Source: Candidatus Troglogloeales bacterium (GTDB lineage: Bacteria; Nitrospirota; Nitrospiria; SBBL01; SBBA01). Taken from it: a stretch of 64,000 nucleotides of DNA. The stretch lies in contig SBBA01000183.1 in NCBI GenBank assembly GCA_005239925.1, positions 27 through 64,026 of the forward strand, written 5' to 3'. The notes beneath the pieces were generated by a model. It did no database searches. It worked only from the letters and a program-made list of their open reading frames with translations, and was not told the DNA's origin. Below are positions 54,479-63,577 of the stretch, piece by piece. A program made the position numbers and the translations under genes. How positions within the stretch are numbered: the stretch's first letter is position 1; every line of letters begins with the position of its first letter.

Positions 54479-56944
54479 TTGGATCACATGGAGCGTGAAA
54501 TAACCCTTTCAAAAAAGCAGTCCATTCAATGCCCCCATTGTCATGCCCGGGTTAATCTAACGGTGTCCGTTGATATCGCCCACGGGGAGGCCGCTTTAGA
54601 GACAGACTCAGGTCCTGTATCTCAACTAGGGCAGTTGTCTATACCTCATGATATTCCATTAGACGATCGCAGTGTGGTTGTTGCGGTCAATGGCGAAGGA
54701 ACAGCGGGCTTTATAAAAGACCTTCTGGAGGGATCACAATTTAATGTGATTTCTGTTTCCTCCCTGGAGGGCGTTTTTTCTGTTCGTGGCGAAACCTTTC
54801 CGGGAACCGTCCTCATTGATTTAGGGCTTCCCAATATGCCGATGATGAATATTGGCGAAGTGATGCACCGATCCACACTGATCCTTATTTCCGCCGGATA
54901 TGGCAATAAGGGGGCCTATTCTGCCGCGGATGCCCCCGCGTTTGGCGCCAACGATTATATCGAACGGCGGCATATTCAAAGAGACCTGATTGATAAAATC
55001 CTGTTTCACATCCGTCAACGCAACATGGTGGGTGTTCTTGAAGAAGAGGCATCACTGGTGGGTGTTGGAACAGTAGCGTCAACGGAATCCCCCTCGCAAG
55101 AGACGATACTTGAATATCCTCCACCTGTAGCCGATGAAGCGATTGCGCCTACGGTTTCAGAGAATTTGACCGAGGCCTTCGTTACAGAGGAGGCAGAGTC
55201 TTCGGTGGCGACAGGCGTTGTAGAGGAGGCGCTGCTTTCCCCATCTGTTTTATCCGAATTATCTGTCGAAACCTTCCCGGATCAGGAATTGCCACCTCAA
55301 GAGGGTCTTTGGGGCTTACCTGAAAGGCCGTCTCCCTTGGCCGTCGAGGAGATGGAATCAATTACAACGGAACCACCGCCACTTGAAGCAATCGTGCCTC
55401 CCCCTATCGAAGAGGAGATTCCGGTGCCCGTGTCTGCACTGGTGCAAGCGCCCGAACAAGCGTCAATGGAAGCGCCTGTAATTGAGGAGGTTCCTTCTAT
55501 TGCCCAGGAACCAACGGTGTATTGGGAGGAAACGGAAAGTCCTGTAGCTGTTCCCGATGTGGAACCGTCGTTTGATATGAGCCCGGTTGACGAGGCAGTG
55601 GAACCGGTGGCGGTACAGGAGCCTTGCTTTGAAACGATGGAGCCTCCTGTTACGGCAGAAGAAAGGGAGTCCGTTGAATCGGTCTTAACGCCTGAGGAAC
55701 CTGTGCTGGCAGAGGAACCCTGGGTTAAAACAGGTGAGCTGGAAGAAGCGGCTCAATCTGTAGATACTTTCGAAACCGAAGAAGCCAGGCCCCCTTATCC
55801 GGTGGCCCCCGCTTATGAAACCGTGGAGCCCCCCGTTTCAGAGCCAATAAGTCCTCCTTCGCTGGAACCTGAGCCTGTTGTTTTTGGGTATGAAGTCGAA
55901 AATGCATGGGATGTTCGGCCCCCAGGGCCTGTCGTTGAAGAGCCGGAGTCTGTCATTGAAATTGATGAGCATGATGGGGAGACCGAGCTTGCCGAGGCCA
56001 TGCGTCAATCTACATCAATAGCAGAGACGTTTGAAATTGAACGACGGCCGTCTCCATTTGATGAAGTGGCCTCTCCTGTTGCGGAAGTTCCTTCTACAGA
56101 GGAAAGTGATCGCTACACGACGGAACCCTCTCCCCTGGTCACAGAATATGAAATGGAACCGGTGGGGCCTGTCTCGGTCGAGGAGCCCTACGTTGAGGTG
56201 AGTGAATCAGGGGTTGAATCAACTGGAACAATAGACACTGAAGAACAGCCTTCTTATTCGGTAGAACCGTCGCCATTTGATACGTCCCATGCCCCTGTAG
56301 AAACACCGAAGGCGCCGCTTGTTGAAGAATTACCTATCGTCACAGGATATGAGACAGAGCCAACGGAATCGCCTACTGCGTTGGAAGAAGCGCCCTATGC
56401 CGTCAAGACAAGTGAACCAGAGACCGCATCAGCAGAGGTATTAGAGACCGAAGCGGCACCCGCTTCTGTGGAGACGCCCTCCCCATTTGAGACGGCATAT
56501 GCCCCTGTAGCAACGCCCGAAGCGCCGTTTGTTGAGCAGGCGGCTGCTGTTGTCTCTGAATATGAAATGCAACCGGTTGAATCAGCTAGTAGCGAGGCCG
56601 CTTTGTCGGAGAAACTAACGATTGAGATGTTGCTGCAACAAGCTCAGTCCCTTGAGCTGCCACAAGAAACCCCTCTCGTTGATGAAATTGATCCAAAGGA
56701 ATTAGAGTCGGCAAAACGGTTGGCGCGTATTATTGTTTCGGATATTGTGCTTTATAACGAAAATAAGGTTTTAAACGGCATTCGGAACAACACCTTCTAT
56801 GTGCTCTTAAAAGACGATATTGAAGAAGGACGAAAGCATTACAACTCTCGTGTCTCTCCTAAAATTAGAGAACGGGCAGACCATCTTCTGGATGCGTTTG
56901 AGGCCTATATAAAGAGGAAAAAGGGCAGTCTTAGTCTAAACTAA
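54479..56944 (+). CDS. Large acidic Pro/Glu/Val-rich protein with an N-terminal receiver-like region and a conserved C-terminal module
   Basis: 821-aa ORF (TTG 54479 or ATG 54488). 'VLIDLGLPNMP' sits in a REC-like segment. A roughly 500-aa low-complexity acidic region contains about three repeats of 'PSPF(D/E)..(H/Y/A)(A/S)PV..P.AP'. The ordered C-terminus is 'AKRLARIIVSDIVLYNENKVLNGIRNNTFYVLLKDDIEEGRKHYNSRV'. Confidence 0.7.
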   Translation: MDHMEREITLSKKQSIQCPHCHARVNLTVSVDIAHGEAALETDSGPVSQLGQLSIPHDIPLDDRSVVVAVNGEGTAGFIKDLLEGSQFNVISVSSLEGVFSVRGETFPGTVLIDLGLPNMPMMNIGEVMHRSTLILISAGYGNKGAYSAADAPAFGANDYIERRHIQRDLIDKILFHIRQRNMVGVLEEEASLVGVGTVASTESPSQETILEYPPPVADEAIAPTVSENLTEAFVTEEAESSVATGVVEEALLSPSVLSELSVETFPDQELPPQEGLWGLPERPSPLAVEEMESITTEPPPLEAIVPPPIEEEIPVPVSALVQAPEQASMEAPVIEEVPSIAQEPTVYWEETESPVAVPDVEPSFDMSPVDEAVEPVAVQEPCFETMEPPVTAEERESVESVLTPEEPVLAEEPWVKTGELEEAAQSVDTFETEEARPPYPVAPAYETVEPPVSEPISPPSLEPEPVVFGYEVENAWDVRPPGPVVEEPESVIEIDEHDGETELAEAMRQSTSIAETFEIERRPSPFDEVASPVAEVPSTEESDRYTTEPSPLVTEYEMEPVGPVSVEEPYVEVSESGVESTGTIDTEEQPSYSVEPSPFDTSHAPVETPKAPLVEELPIVTGYETEPTESPTALEEAPYAVKTSEPETASAEVLETEAAPASVETPSPFETAYAPVATPEAPFVEQAAAVVSEYEMQPVESASSEAALSEKLTIEMLLQQAQSLELPQETPLVDEIDPKELESAKRLARIIVSDIVLYNENKVLNGIRNNTFYVLLKDDIEEGRKHYNSRVSPKIRERADHLLDAFEAYIKRKKGSLSLN

Positions 56945-57035
56945 TCCGCCGACGGGCGGAGGCGAGTAGGCCCTCTCGTTGGGCGGGACGCCGCCTGCAA
57001 TTGGTCTGGGTAAAAAAATATTTACGCAAAAAAAC
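56945..57035 (+). repeat. Family D post-stop-codon element, copy D3
   Basis: Starts at the base after TAA 56942-56944. The first 22 nt are identical to D2 ('tccgccgacgggcggaggcga'). It ends in 'tatttacgcaaaaaaa'. Confidence 0.65.
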
Positions 57036-57068
57036 AGGTGTTACCGACAGAGGGTCTATTACCATACT

Positions 57069-57122
57069 GTCATTCCGCAATCGGCGTTCTGACCGGCAGT
57101 GTTTAAGCCGGAATTCAGTGAC
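57069..57122 (-). repeat. Family C element, truncated and degenerate copy C4
   Basis: The reverse complement 'ctgaattccggcttaaacactgccgg...aatgac' matches the right half of C1 and C3, with an 18-nt insertion. Confidence 0.5.
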
Positions 57123-57209
57123 TTTTATAGATATGAGACGCCCGGTATTTTCCCAAATCCTGATTTAGTCTGTTCGAAAATGGCATAATAGCAAGAAAGA
57201 GTAGGTCTA

Positions 57210-59270
57210 ATGGAGTTAAATGTGGTGAATCTTCAAGAAGAAATAGAGCGTCAGTTCAAAAATGGTGACGTTCCGACACGTCTTAATATTTTAAAATCGC
57301 TTTTAGGGAAGAATGATGAGGCAAGTATTGGCTGCATGATTGAGGCGATGGGGGACAGTGAGTGGCAGATTCGCAAGGAGGCTATAACGGTTCTGTCAAA
57401 GGCGGAGGATAAGACCCGGATTATCCATACCCTGATCGAACGGATTAGTAATAATGATAACGTGGGGAGAAGAAACGCGGCGGTAGAATTGTTTGTGCAT
57501 TGGGGCAAGGTTGCTGTAGAGCCGCTTCTCTTCCACTTAAAAAAAGTAAACGAAGATACTCAGAAGGTACTCATTGATACCCTGGGTGATATTCGGGACC
57601 CTCGCGCCATTTCCACCCTTTTATCGGATATTCTGGGAGAAGGCTCGCTGGAAGAGGCCTCCGCCGGATTTGCCGATAACCTTCGCTCCGCGGCGTTGGA
57701 GGCGTTGGGCAAGCTTTGCCCGCCGGAATCTGTCGAACAGATTCTTCCTTTCTTAAATAAGAACAACCCACTCCTTACCTTTTCTGCGATTAAGGCGTTG
57801 GAGCTGATTGGATCGTCGCTTGCAACTCCAAGGCTGATTGCCATTTCAAAAGAAAAGATGTTTCAACGTGCAGCGTTGGAAGCGCTGGGCGTGATTGGGG
57901 ATCTCTCGGCCATTGATTGTCTGTTGGACAGTTTTCATTCCTCATCCGAGAACATACGACGTGTCGCACTCAAGGCCATTATCCGACTGGAATCAAAGCA
58001 AAACGATAAAAACAAGCGTCAGGTTTGGCAATCGGTGAAGGCGATTTATAACGATCAGGACTACACCTTTCTTCTCTCGATAACCGGTCACGCCGACCCC
58101 CTTTTGAAAGGAGGCGCGATTCGGGTGCTGGGGTGGGTCTCTGAGGTACGATCGGTTCCGACACTGGTCTCCTTTTTGAACGACTATAATGACGATGTCG
58201 TCACGGCCTTTATTGCGATGGGCCCTCCCATCCTGCCGGAGTTAAACAAGCTTTTAGATCGCGGGGTTTGGGAGAGTGAAAATACCCGTCTGGCTGTTGC
58301 CACGGTTTGGGGAGAGATTGTTCATCCCGAAGGAGTCCCCCTTCTGATTGATCTCCTCCGAGATAACGCGATGTCGGTTCGAAAGGCGGCGGCCCATGCC
58401 TTAGAAAAAATGAGAAGTAAAGAGGCGATTATGCCGTTGATTGCCTTATTAAAAGACCCTTATCACGAGGTGCAGGAAATCGCCCGCCAGACGCTCCTGA
58501 CCATGCGCTCAGATCTCCCTAAAGATGAACTGATCCAGATTCTGGGAGAGCAATCGGCTTCTCTGCGTGCCAATGCGGCCCTTTTGTTAGGGGAGATTGG
58601 GTATCAACCGGCGATTAGCCATCTGGTGTTTCTGTTAAAGGATTCCGATGAAGAGGTGCGACGGGCCGCCGTGTATGCCCTGGGTTCTTTCTTACCCTTA
58701 CCCCAGGCCGTCAAGTCTATTCTAACGGCACTGGGAGATGAGGATTACAGGGTGCGTGTTGCGGTGTTAAAGGCGTTGGAGACGATTCCAGTTGACCCAC
58801 TTCTCAACGATCTTTCTTCCCTGGTCTATGACGAAAATATTTGGGTGCGATCTGCATTGGCGCGCACCGTTGGCTCGATTGCCTCAAAGGAGGGTCTACA
58901 GATTTTATTGAAACTCTCAGAGGATTCCACGGGTGTGGTGAAGATCTCGGCCCTGCTTGCCTTGGGACACCGGCGTGAGCCAGAGATTTTAGGTTTGATA
59001 CGAAGGCATTTGGCTTCTGAGGATCGTGATGTTAAAAAAGCGGCCATTGTTGCATTGGGGACCCTCGGTGATCCAAATGCCGTTTCACTGATCGCCCCAT
59101 TTTTGGATAATCCTTATTGGGAGTTGCGTGCCGCAGCCGCCGTAACGATGGGAAACTTAAGGGCCGCTTCCGACAAACTGTTGGAAATGGCCCACTCCGA
59201 TGAAGACCCGCTGGTTCGAGACGCCGCCCGCTCCGCCTTATCTCCTCACCCGGATAAGACCGTCTCCTGA
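57210..59270 (+). CDS. HEAT-repeat (PBS-lyase-type) protein embedded in the chemosensory cluster
   Basis: 686-aa ORF. It contains many repeats of the pattern 'D.D..VR..AA.ALG..GD..A...L...L.D'. Confidence 0.8.
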   Translation: MELNVVNLQEEIERQFKNGDVPTRLNILKSLLGKNDEASIGCMIEAMGDSEWQIRKEAITVLSKAEDKTRIIHTLIERISNNDNVGRRNAAVELFVHWGKVAVEPLLFHLKKVNEDTQKVLIDTLGDIRDPRAISTLLSDILGEGSLEEASAGFADNLRSAALEALGKLCPPESVEQILPFLNKNNPLLTFSAIKALELIGSSLATPRLIAISKEKMFQRAALEALGVIGDLSAIDCLLDSFHSSSENIRRVALKAIIRLESKQNDKNKRQVWQSVKAIYNDQDYTFLLSITGHADPLLKGGAIRVLGWVSEVRSVPTLVSFLNDYNDDVVTAFIAMGPPILPELNKLLDRGVWESENTRLAVATVWGEIVHPEGVPLLIDLLRDNAMSVRKAAAHALEKMRSKEAIMPLIALLKDPYHEVQEIARQTLLTMRSDLPKDELIQILGEQSASLRANAALLLGEIGYQPAISHLVFLLKDSDEEVRRAAVYALGSFLPLPQAVKSILTALGDEDYRVRVAVLKALETIPVDPLLNDLSSLVYDENIWVRSALARTVGSIASKEGLQILLKLSEDSTGVVKISALLALGHRREPEILGLIRRHLASEDRDVKKAAIVALGTLGDPNAVSLIAPFLDNPYWELRAAAAVTMGNLRAASDKLLEMAHSDEDPLVRDAARSALSPHPDKTVS

Positions 59271-59317
59271 CGGGAATAACGTCCATTGTTTCATGAAGAC
59301 CCCATTATGTTAAAAGG

Positions 59318-60202
59318 ATGGCCCCGATGAATACTATTGAGCTGAGCGAGGGGATGTTCCGCGTTCTTCGTGACTTTATTTATGACATTTCAGGCAATTT
59401 TGTAGCCGATGATCTTCGCTCCACCATGGAGAGCCGTCTGCAACAAAATGTCAGAAAACTTCAGTTAAACAGCTTTCACGATTATTATTACTATTTGAAA
59501 TACGATCGCAGAAAGGATGAGGAAATTGCCTCATTGATAGATACGATCACGGTCCATGAGACCTACTTCTTCCGGGAGATGAAACAGTTGGATACCTTTA
59601 ACGAAGAGGTTTTGCCGGAGCTGATCGAGAAGGAAAAACGGACGAAGCGGCTTCGGATTTGGAGCGCGGGATGTTCAACGGGAGAAGAACCATACACGCT
59701 GTCCATGATGTTTCTTGAGAATCGCCGCCTGCGTGATTTTAACATAGAGATTTATGCAACCGATATCAGTCGTGGTTCGTTGACAACCGCGCGTCGGGGT
59801 ATTTATCGAGAGCCTTCCTTTCGATCCATTGATTCCTACTTCCAGAGGATGTATTTTACTAAAGAGGAGTCGGGATATCGGATTGCCGATCAGGTCAAAC
59901 AATCGGTCGTTTTTTTACACTTGAATCTTTATGAAAAGGAAAAGTGGGGACTGTTGCCGGAAATGGACGCCATCTTCTGTCGAAACGTGATTATCTATTT
60001 TAATGCCGCCTCCAAGAAGGGTGTTATTGATTCGTTTTACAATAAGTTAAAGTGGGGCGGGTTTTTGTTGTTGGGTCATTCGGAGTCGTTAATTACCCTG
60101 GCCACTGATTTTTCACTCCGCCACTTTAAGAACGATCTTCTTTATCAAAAGCCGGATTATACACCGCCCAATCCCCCGCTACCTTTAGGACCAATTCGAT
60201 GA
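59318..60202 (+). CDS. cheR: Chemotaxis protein methyltransferase CheR
   Basis: 294-aa ORF with the SAM-binding motif 'RIWSAGCSTGEEPYTL' and 'IFCRNVIIYF'. Confidence 0.9.
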   Translation: MAPMNTIELSEGMFRVLRDFIYDISGNFVADDLRSTMESRLQQNVRKLQLNSFHDYYYYLKYDRRKDEEIASLIDTITVHETYFFREMKQLDTFNEEVLPELIEKEKRTKRLRIWSAGCSTGEEPYTLSMMFLENRRLRDFNIEIYATDISRGSLTTARRGIYREPSFRSIDSYFQRMYFTKEESGYRIADQVKQSVVFLHLNLYEKEKWGLLPEMDAIFCRNVIIYFNAASKKGVIDSFYNKLKWGGFLLLGHSESLITLATDFSLRHFKNDLLYQKPDYTPPNPPLPLGPIR

Positions 60203-61239
60203 AAAACACGATTCGACTGGCCGTCATTGATGACTCGACTTCGTTTCGAGAGCTGTTGAACCTGATGTTGCAGGGCCATTCCCATTTGAAGGTGGTTGGG
60301 TTGGCAGAAGATGGCGAGAAGGGGATGAAGCTGGTTTCCGATCAACGTCCAGACGTGATTCTGCTTGATCTTGAAATGCCTAAAATGGACGGATTTACCT
60401 TTCTTCGTTGGATGATGGCTACTATGCCGACGCCGACGCTCGTCCTCTCCGGGCGCGCCGATGTCAATAATGTTTTTAAGGCCTTGGAGTTTGGGGCCTG
60501 TGACTTCCTCAACAAGCTGCACATGCATGAGGCCTGGTTTAAACGGTCGCGCGAGTTTATTGCAAAGATAGAGGCGGTGGCCACGATTCCCCGCGAAAAA
60601 TTAAATCGCAGTGTTCGCGCCACACGAAAGGCAGGCAGTGTTGATCATCTGCCGAAAAAGACCCCTGGCCTGTTGGCCATTGGTGCATCTACAGGGGGGC
60701 CGCGTGCCCTGTATGAGGTAATTGGACGGCTTCCTCAGAATTTCCCCGTCCCTATTGTTGTTTCTCAACATATGCCGGGGGAGTTTACCCCCGCTTTTTC
60801 GGAGACGCTCAATCGAAAATCGCTGCTACTTACCTCGGAGGCCCGGGCTGGGGAGCCACTTGAGCGAGGCCACGTTTATCTTGCGCCGGGAGGAAGCCAT
60901 CTCCTTTTTGAAAAAAAAGACAACACCACCTATACGGTGATTCAAAAGGCAACGGACACCGATCTCTATATTCCGTCTGTGGATCGAATGATGTGTTCTG
61001 CAGCCGATCTTTATGGACCGAATATTTTAGGTGTTATCTTGACGGGCATGGGGCATGATGGCCGCGTGGGATTGCAGGCCATTAAGGCGAAGGGAGGGGT
61101 GACCTTTGCCGAGTCGGAGGAGACGGCCGTGATCTATGGTATGCCCAGGGCGGCGATTGAGGCGAAGGTGGTGGATCATATTTTCCCCCTCCACAAAATG
61201 GCGGATGCCATTCTGGACCACTACGCGGCGATGGGATAG
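60199..61239 (+). CDS. cheB: Chemotaxis response regulator protein-glutamate methylesterase CheB
   Basis: 346-aa ORF. The REC domain has 'VILLDLEMPKMDG'. The esterase domain has 'IGASTGGPRAL' and 'LTGMGHDG'. There is a 4-bp overlap with cheR. Confidence 0.9.
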   Translation: MKNTIRLAVIDDSTSFRELLNLMLQGHSHLKVVGLAEDGEKGMKLVSDQRPDVILLDLEMPKMDGFTFLRWMMATMPTPTLVLSGRADVNNVFKALEFGACDFLNKLHMHEAWFKRSREFIAKIEAVATIPREKLNRSVRATRKAGSVDHLPKKTPGLLAIGASTGGPRALYEVIGRLPQNFPVPIVVSQHMPGEFTPAFSETLNRKSLLLTSEARAGEPLERGHVYLAPGGSHLLFEKKDNTTYTVIQKATDTDLYIPSVDRMMCSAADLYGPNILGVILTGMGHDGRVGLQAIKAKGGVTFAESEETAVIYGMPRAAIEAKVVDHIFPLHKMADAILDHYAAMG

Positions 61240-61244
61240 TAGCG

Positions 61245-61697
61245 TTACTCTGGAACGGTTGGCGGATAGGTCTGGCCAGTCAGTGCCGCTAGTTCCTGAA
61301 GATAAATCCATTCATCAAACGGGCCGCCACGGCGAACGGATCGAAAATAAAGATCGCCCCAAATACCGGCAATCTGATGAATCGCCTCATGGCGGGACAC
61401 CCCTTTATCGAGAAGATGCTTTAAGGCCACGCCTACTTCTACCGGATCGTCATTCATCAGTTGTTTTTCAATGGCCGTGTGCAAACCGGTATGCACCAGG
61501 GGATTCACGATAAACCCGTTGATCTCCTGGGGCTGAAAGGCCGTTTCACCGGCGCCCCAAAAGGGATCGAACTCCGGGTGATCCTTCATGATCTCAGACA
61601 TGAGCTCGGCATCGCCGGATAGTGCCTCGCCTCGCTTCATCTTTTCCCAGACTGCGTTATACAGAACCGTTGCCTGCTTGGAAAATAAGTCGCTCAT
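61245..61697 (-). CDS. DUF1841-like protein
   Basis: 150-aa ORF. 'NPLVHTGLHTAIEKQLMNDDP' and 'SRHEAIHQIA' match my recollection of the DUF1841 pattern. Confidence 0.55.
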   Translation of the reverse strand: MSDLFSKQATVLYNAVWEKMKRGEALSGDAELMSEIMKDHPEFDPFWGAGETAFQPQEINGFIVNPLVHTGLHTAIEKQLMNDDPVEVGVALKHLLDKGVSRHEAIHQIAGIWGDLYFRSVRRGGPFDEWIYLQELAALTGQTYPPTVPE

Positions 61698-61758
61698 TTT
61701 CTTCTCCTTTATATTTCCCCTCTAATAAAGATGGGACAAGGGGGTGTGTTCTTCTCAT

Positions 61759-61811
61759 GGGCGTATGCAATACGCCCCTACAATTTGATCCCCCTCTTTT
61801 TCAAAGAGGGG
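61759..61811. repeat. Pair of REP-like GC hairpins downstream of the ABC transporter gene
   Basis: GGGCGTAT-gca-ATACGCCC is followed by CTAC, related to the hairpin at 1079. CCCCTCTTT-ttc-AAAGAGGGG is followed by 'ctaggggcgttaagg', which resembles the family B core. Confidence 0.5.
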
Positions 61812-61837
61812 CTAGGGGCGTTAAGGATTATACCATA

Positions 61838-63577
61838 CTACCCTAATTGGGCTTCGAAAAGGGATGTGTAAATATCGCTCCTTTGTGTCAGCGTATCATG
61901 GTCTCCCGATTCGACAATTTTGCCGTTTTCAATGACCAGAATCCGATCCGTGCGCCGCAAAGAGGAAAGCCGATGCGCGACAATCAATGTTGTGCGATGG
62001 GCAAAAAGGTTGGCTAACCCCTCCTGAATGTCGCCTTCCGTTCCCGAATCGACACTCGACGTTCCCTCATCAAAAATGATGATCGGCGGGTCTTTTAAAA
62101 AGACACGGGCAATGGCAAGCCGCTGTTTCTGACCGATAGAAAGTTTGACACCCCGCTCTCCAATCTGTGTTTCATACCCCTCCGGGAGTTGGGAGATAAA
62201 ATGATCCGCACAGGCAGCCTCTGCGGCGGAGCGAATATCGCTCAGATTGGCGCCCGGGTTGCCATACGCGATATTCTCCCTGACCGTGCCGTTGAAGAGA
62301 AACGGTTCCTGACGCACCAGACCAAACTGATCCCGAAGCGTCTTTAACGACAGGTCACGAATATCGTAATCGTCTAAGGTAATGGCCCCACGCTGGGGAT
62401 CGTAAAAACGCATGAGCAGGGAGATGGTCGTACTCTTACCGCTGCCGGTTGCCCCCACCAGGGCCACCTTTTCGCCGGGGTGAATTTCAAAATCAACCCC
62501 ATTTAACACGGGCCGGTTGGGGAGATATTCAAAGGAGACATCCGAAAACACAATCTTACCGGAAAGCCGGTGGGGCAATGTGATGGGCACCATTGGCTCG
62601 GTCACTTTTGACGGTGTATCGAGCAATTCAAAAACCCGTTCCGAGGCGACCATGGCGTTTTGAAGCATCTGGTTAATCGAATGAATCTGATTGATCGGCG
62701 TATAAAAAAGTCCGGCATAGGCAATAAAGGCCACCAATTCACCCACCGTAATTTGACCGGATGTCGCAAGAAAGGAGCCGAATCCTAAAATCAGAACGGT
62801 CCCCATCGAGGCCAGCGTGGACATAGAAGGGGAGTAATAGGCCCACATACGGGCAACGGCCAGACTTCCCTCCCCCAGGGCGCGATTATGTTCCGAAAAC
62901 CGTTTTGCTTCATACTCCTGCCGATTAAAAATCATGGTCTCGCGTATACCGGAAAGCCGATCCTGCAAAAAAGCGGTCAGGGCGCCCAATTTCTGTCGAA
63001 CGATTTTATAAGCGGCATGGAGGCGACGGGTGAAAAACAGGGCAATGAGGGTAAGCGCCGGAATGGGTATCAAGGCGACCAGGGCCAGCCGCCACTCCAA
63101 AACGAATAGCATAAGGGTAATGCCTACCAGGGTTAGCCCCGCGACAATGAGGTGTTCCACCCCGTCAATCAGAATCCGTTCCATATTTTCCACGTCGCTG
63201 CCCATGCGTGACAAGAGTTCGCCGGTTGCGCGATCGTCAAAATAAGAGACCGACAGCCTTTGCACGGCATGGAATAAATCGTTTCGAATATCATAGACGA
63301 CATTTTGTTCCAGGAAATTATTAAGACGAATGCGGGCCATATTACAAAGCCCTTTTAGGAGATAGGCGCCGACGGTCATCCCGATCAAGGTATAGAGCAG
63401 CGGCTCCTGTTTTTTGGCAATGCCTTCATCAATGGCCACTTTAATCAGCCAGGGCGGGACCAGTTCCATTATGGTTGTGATGGTGGCGGCCAGGAGTGTC
63501 AGCGAGGCCAACCCCTTATAGGGCCTGATATAAGCCAGCATGTGCGATATCAATCGCCTGGAATTTTGGAGGGGCAT
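61838..63577 (-). CDS. ABC transporter fused permease/ATP-binding protein (MsbA/exporter type)
   Basis: 579-aa ORF with six N-terminal TM segments. It has Walker A 'GATGSGKST', signature 'LSIGQKQRLAIARV' and Walker B 'IIIFDEGTS'. Confidence 0.9.
   Translation of the reverse strand: MPLQNSRRLISHMLAYIRPYKGLASLTLLAATITTIMELVPPWLIKVAIDEGIAKKQEPLLYTLIGMTVGAYLLKGLCNMARIRLNNFLEQNVVYDIRNDLFHAVQRLSVSYFDDRATGELLSRMGSDVENMERILIDGVEHLIVAGLTLVGITLMLFVLEWRLALVALIPIPALTLIALFFTRRLHAAYKIVRQKLGALTAFLQDRLSGIRETMIFNRQEYEAKRFSEHNRALGEGSLAVARMWAYYSPSMSTLASMGTVLILGFGSFLATSGQITVGELVAFIAYAGLFYTPINQIHSINQMLQNAMVASERVFELLDTPSKVTEPMVPITLPHRLSGKIVFSDVSFEYLPNRPVLNGVDFEIHPGEKVALVGATGSGKSTTISLLMRFYDPQRGAITLDDYDIRDLSLKTLRDQFGLVRQEPFLFNGTVRENIAYGNPGANLSDIRSAAEAACADHFISQLPEGYETQIGERGVKLSIGQKQRLAIARVFLKDPPIIIFDEGTSSVDSGTEGDIQEGLANLFAHRTTLIVAHRLSSLRRTDRILVIENGKIVESGDHDTLTQRSDIYTSLFEAQLG

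Noticed and set aside
61838-63577. The ABC exporter as the type I secretion partner of the RTX protein at 15083..18211
   Set aside because: It lies 43 kb away. It has no adjacent membrane-fusion or TolC-like gene and no N-terminal C39 or CLD domain. It looks like a generic MsbA-type half-transporter.
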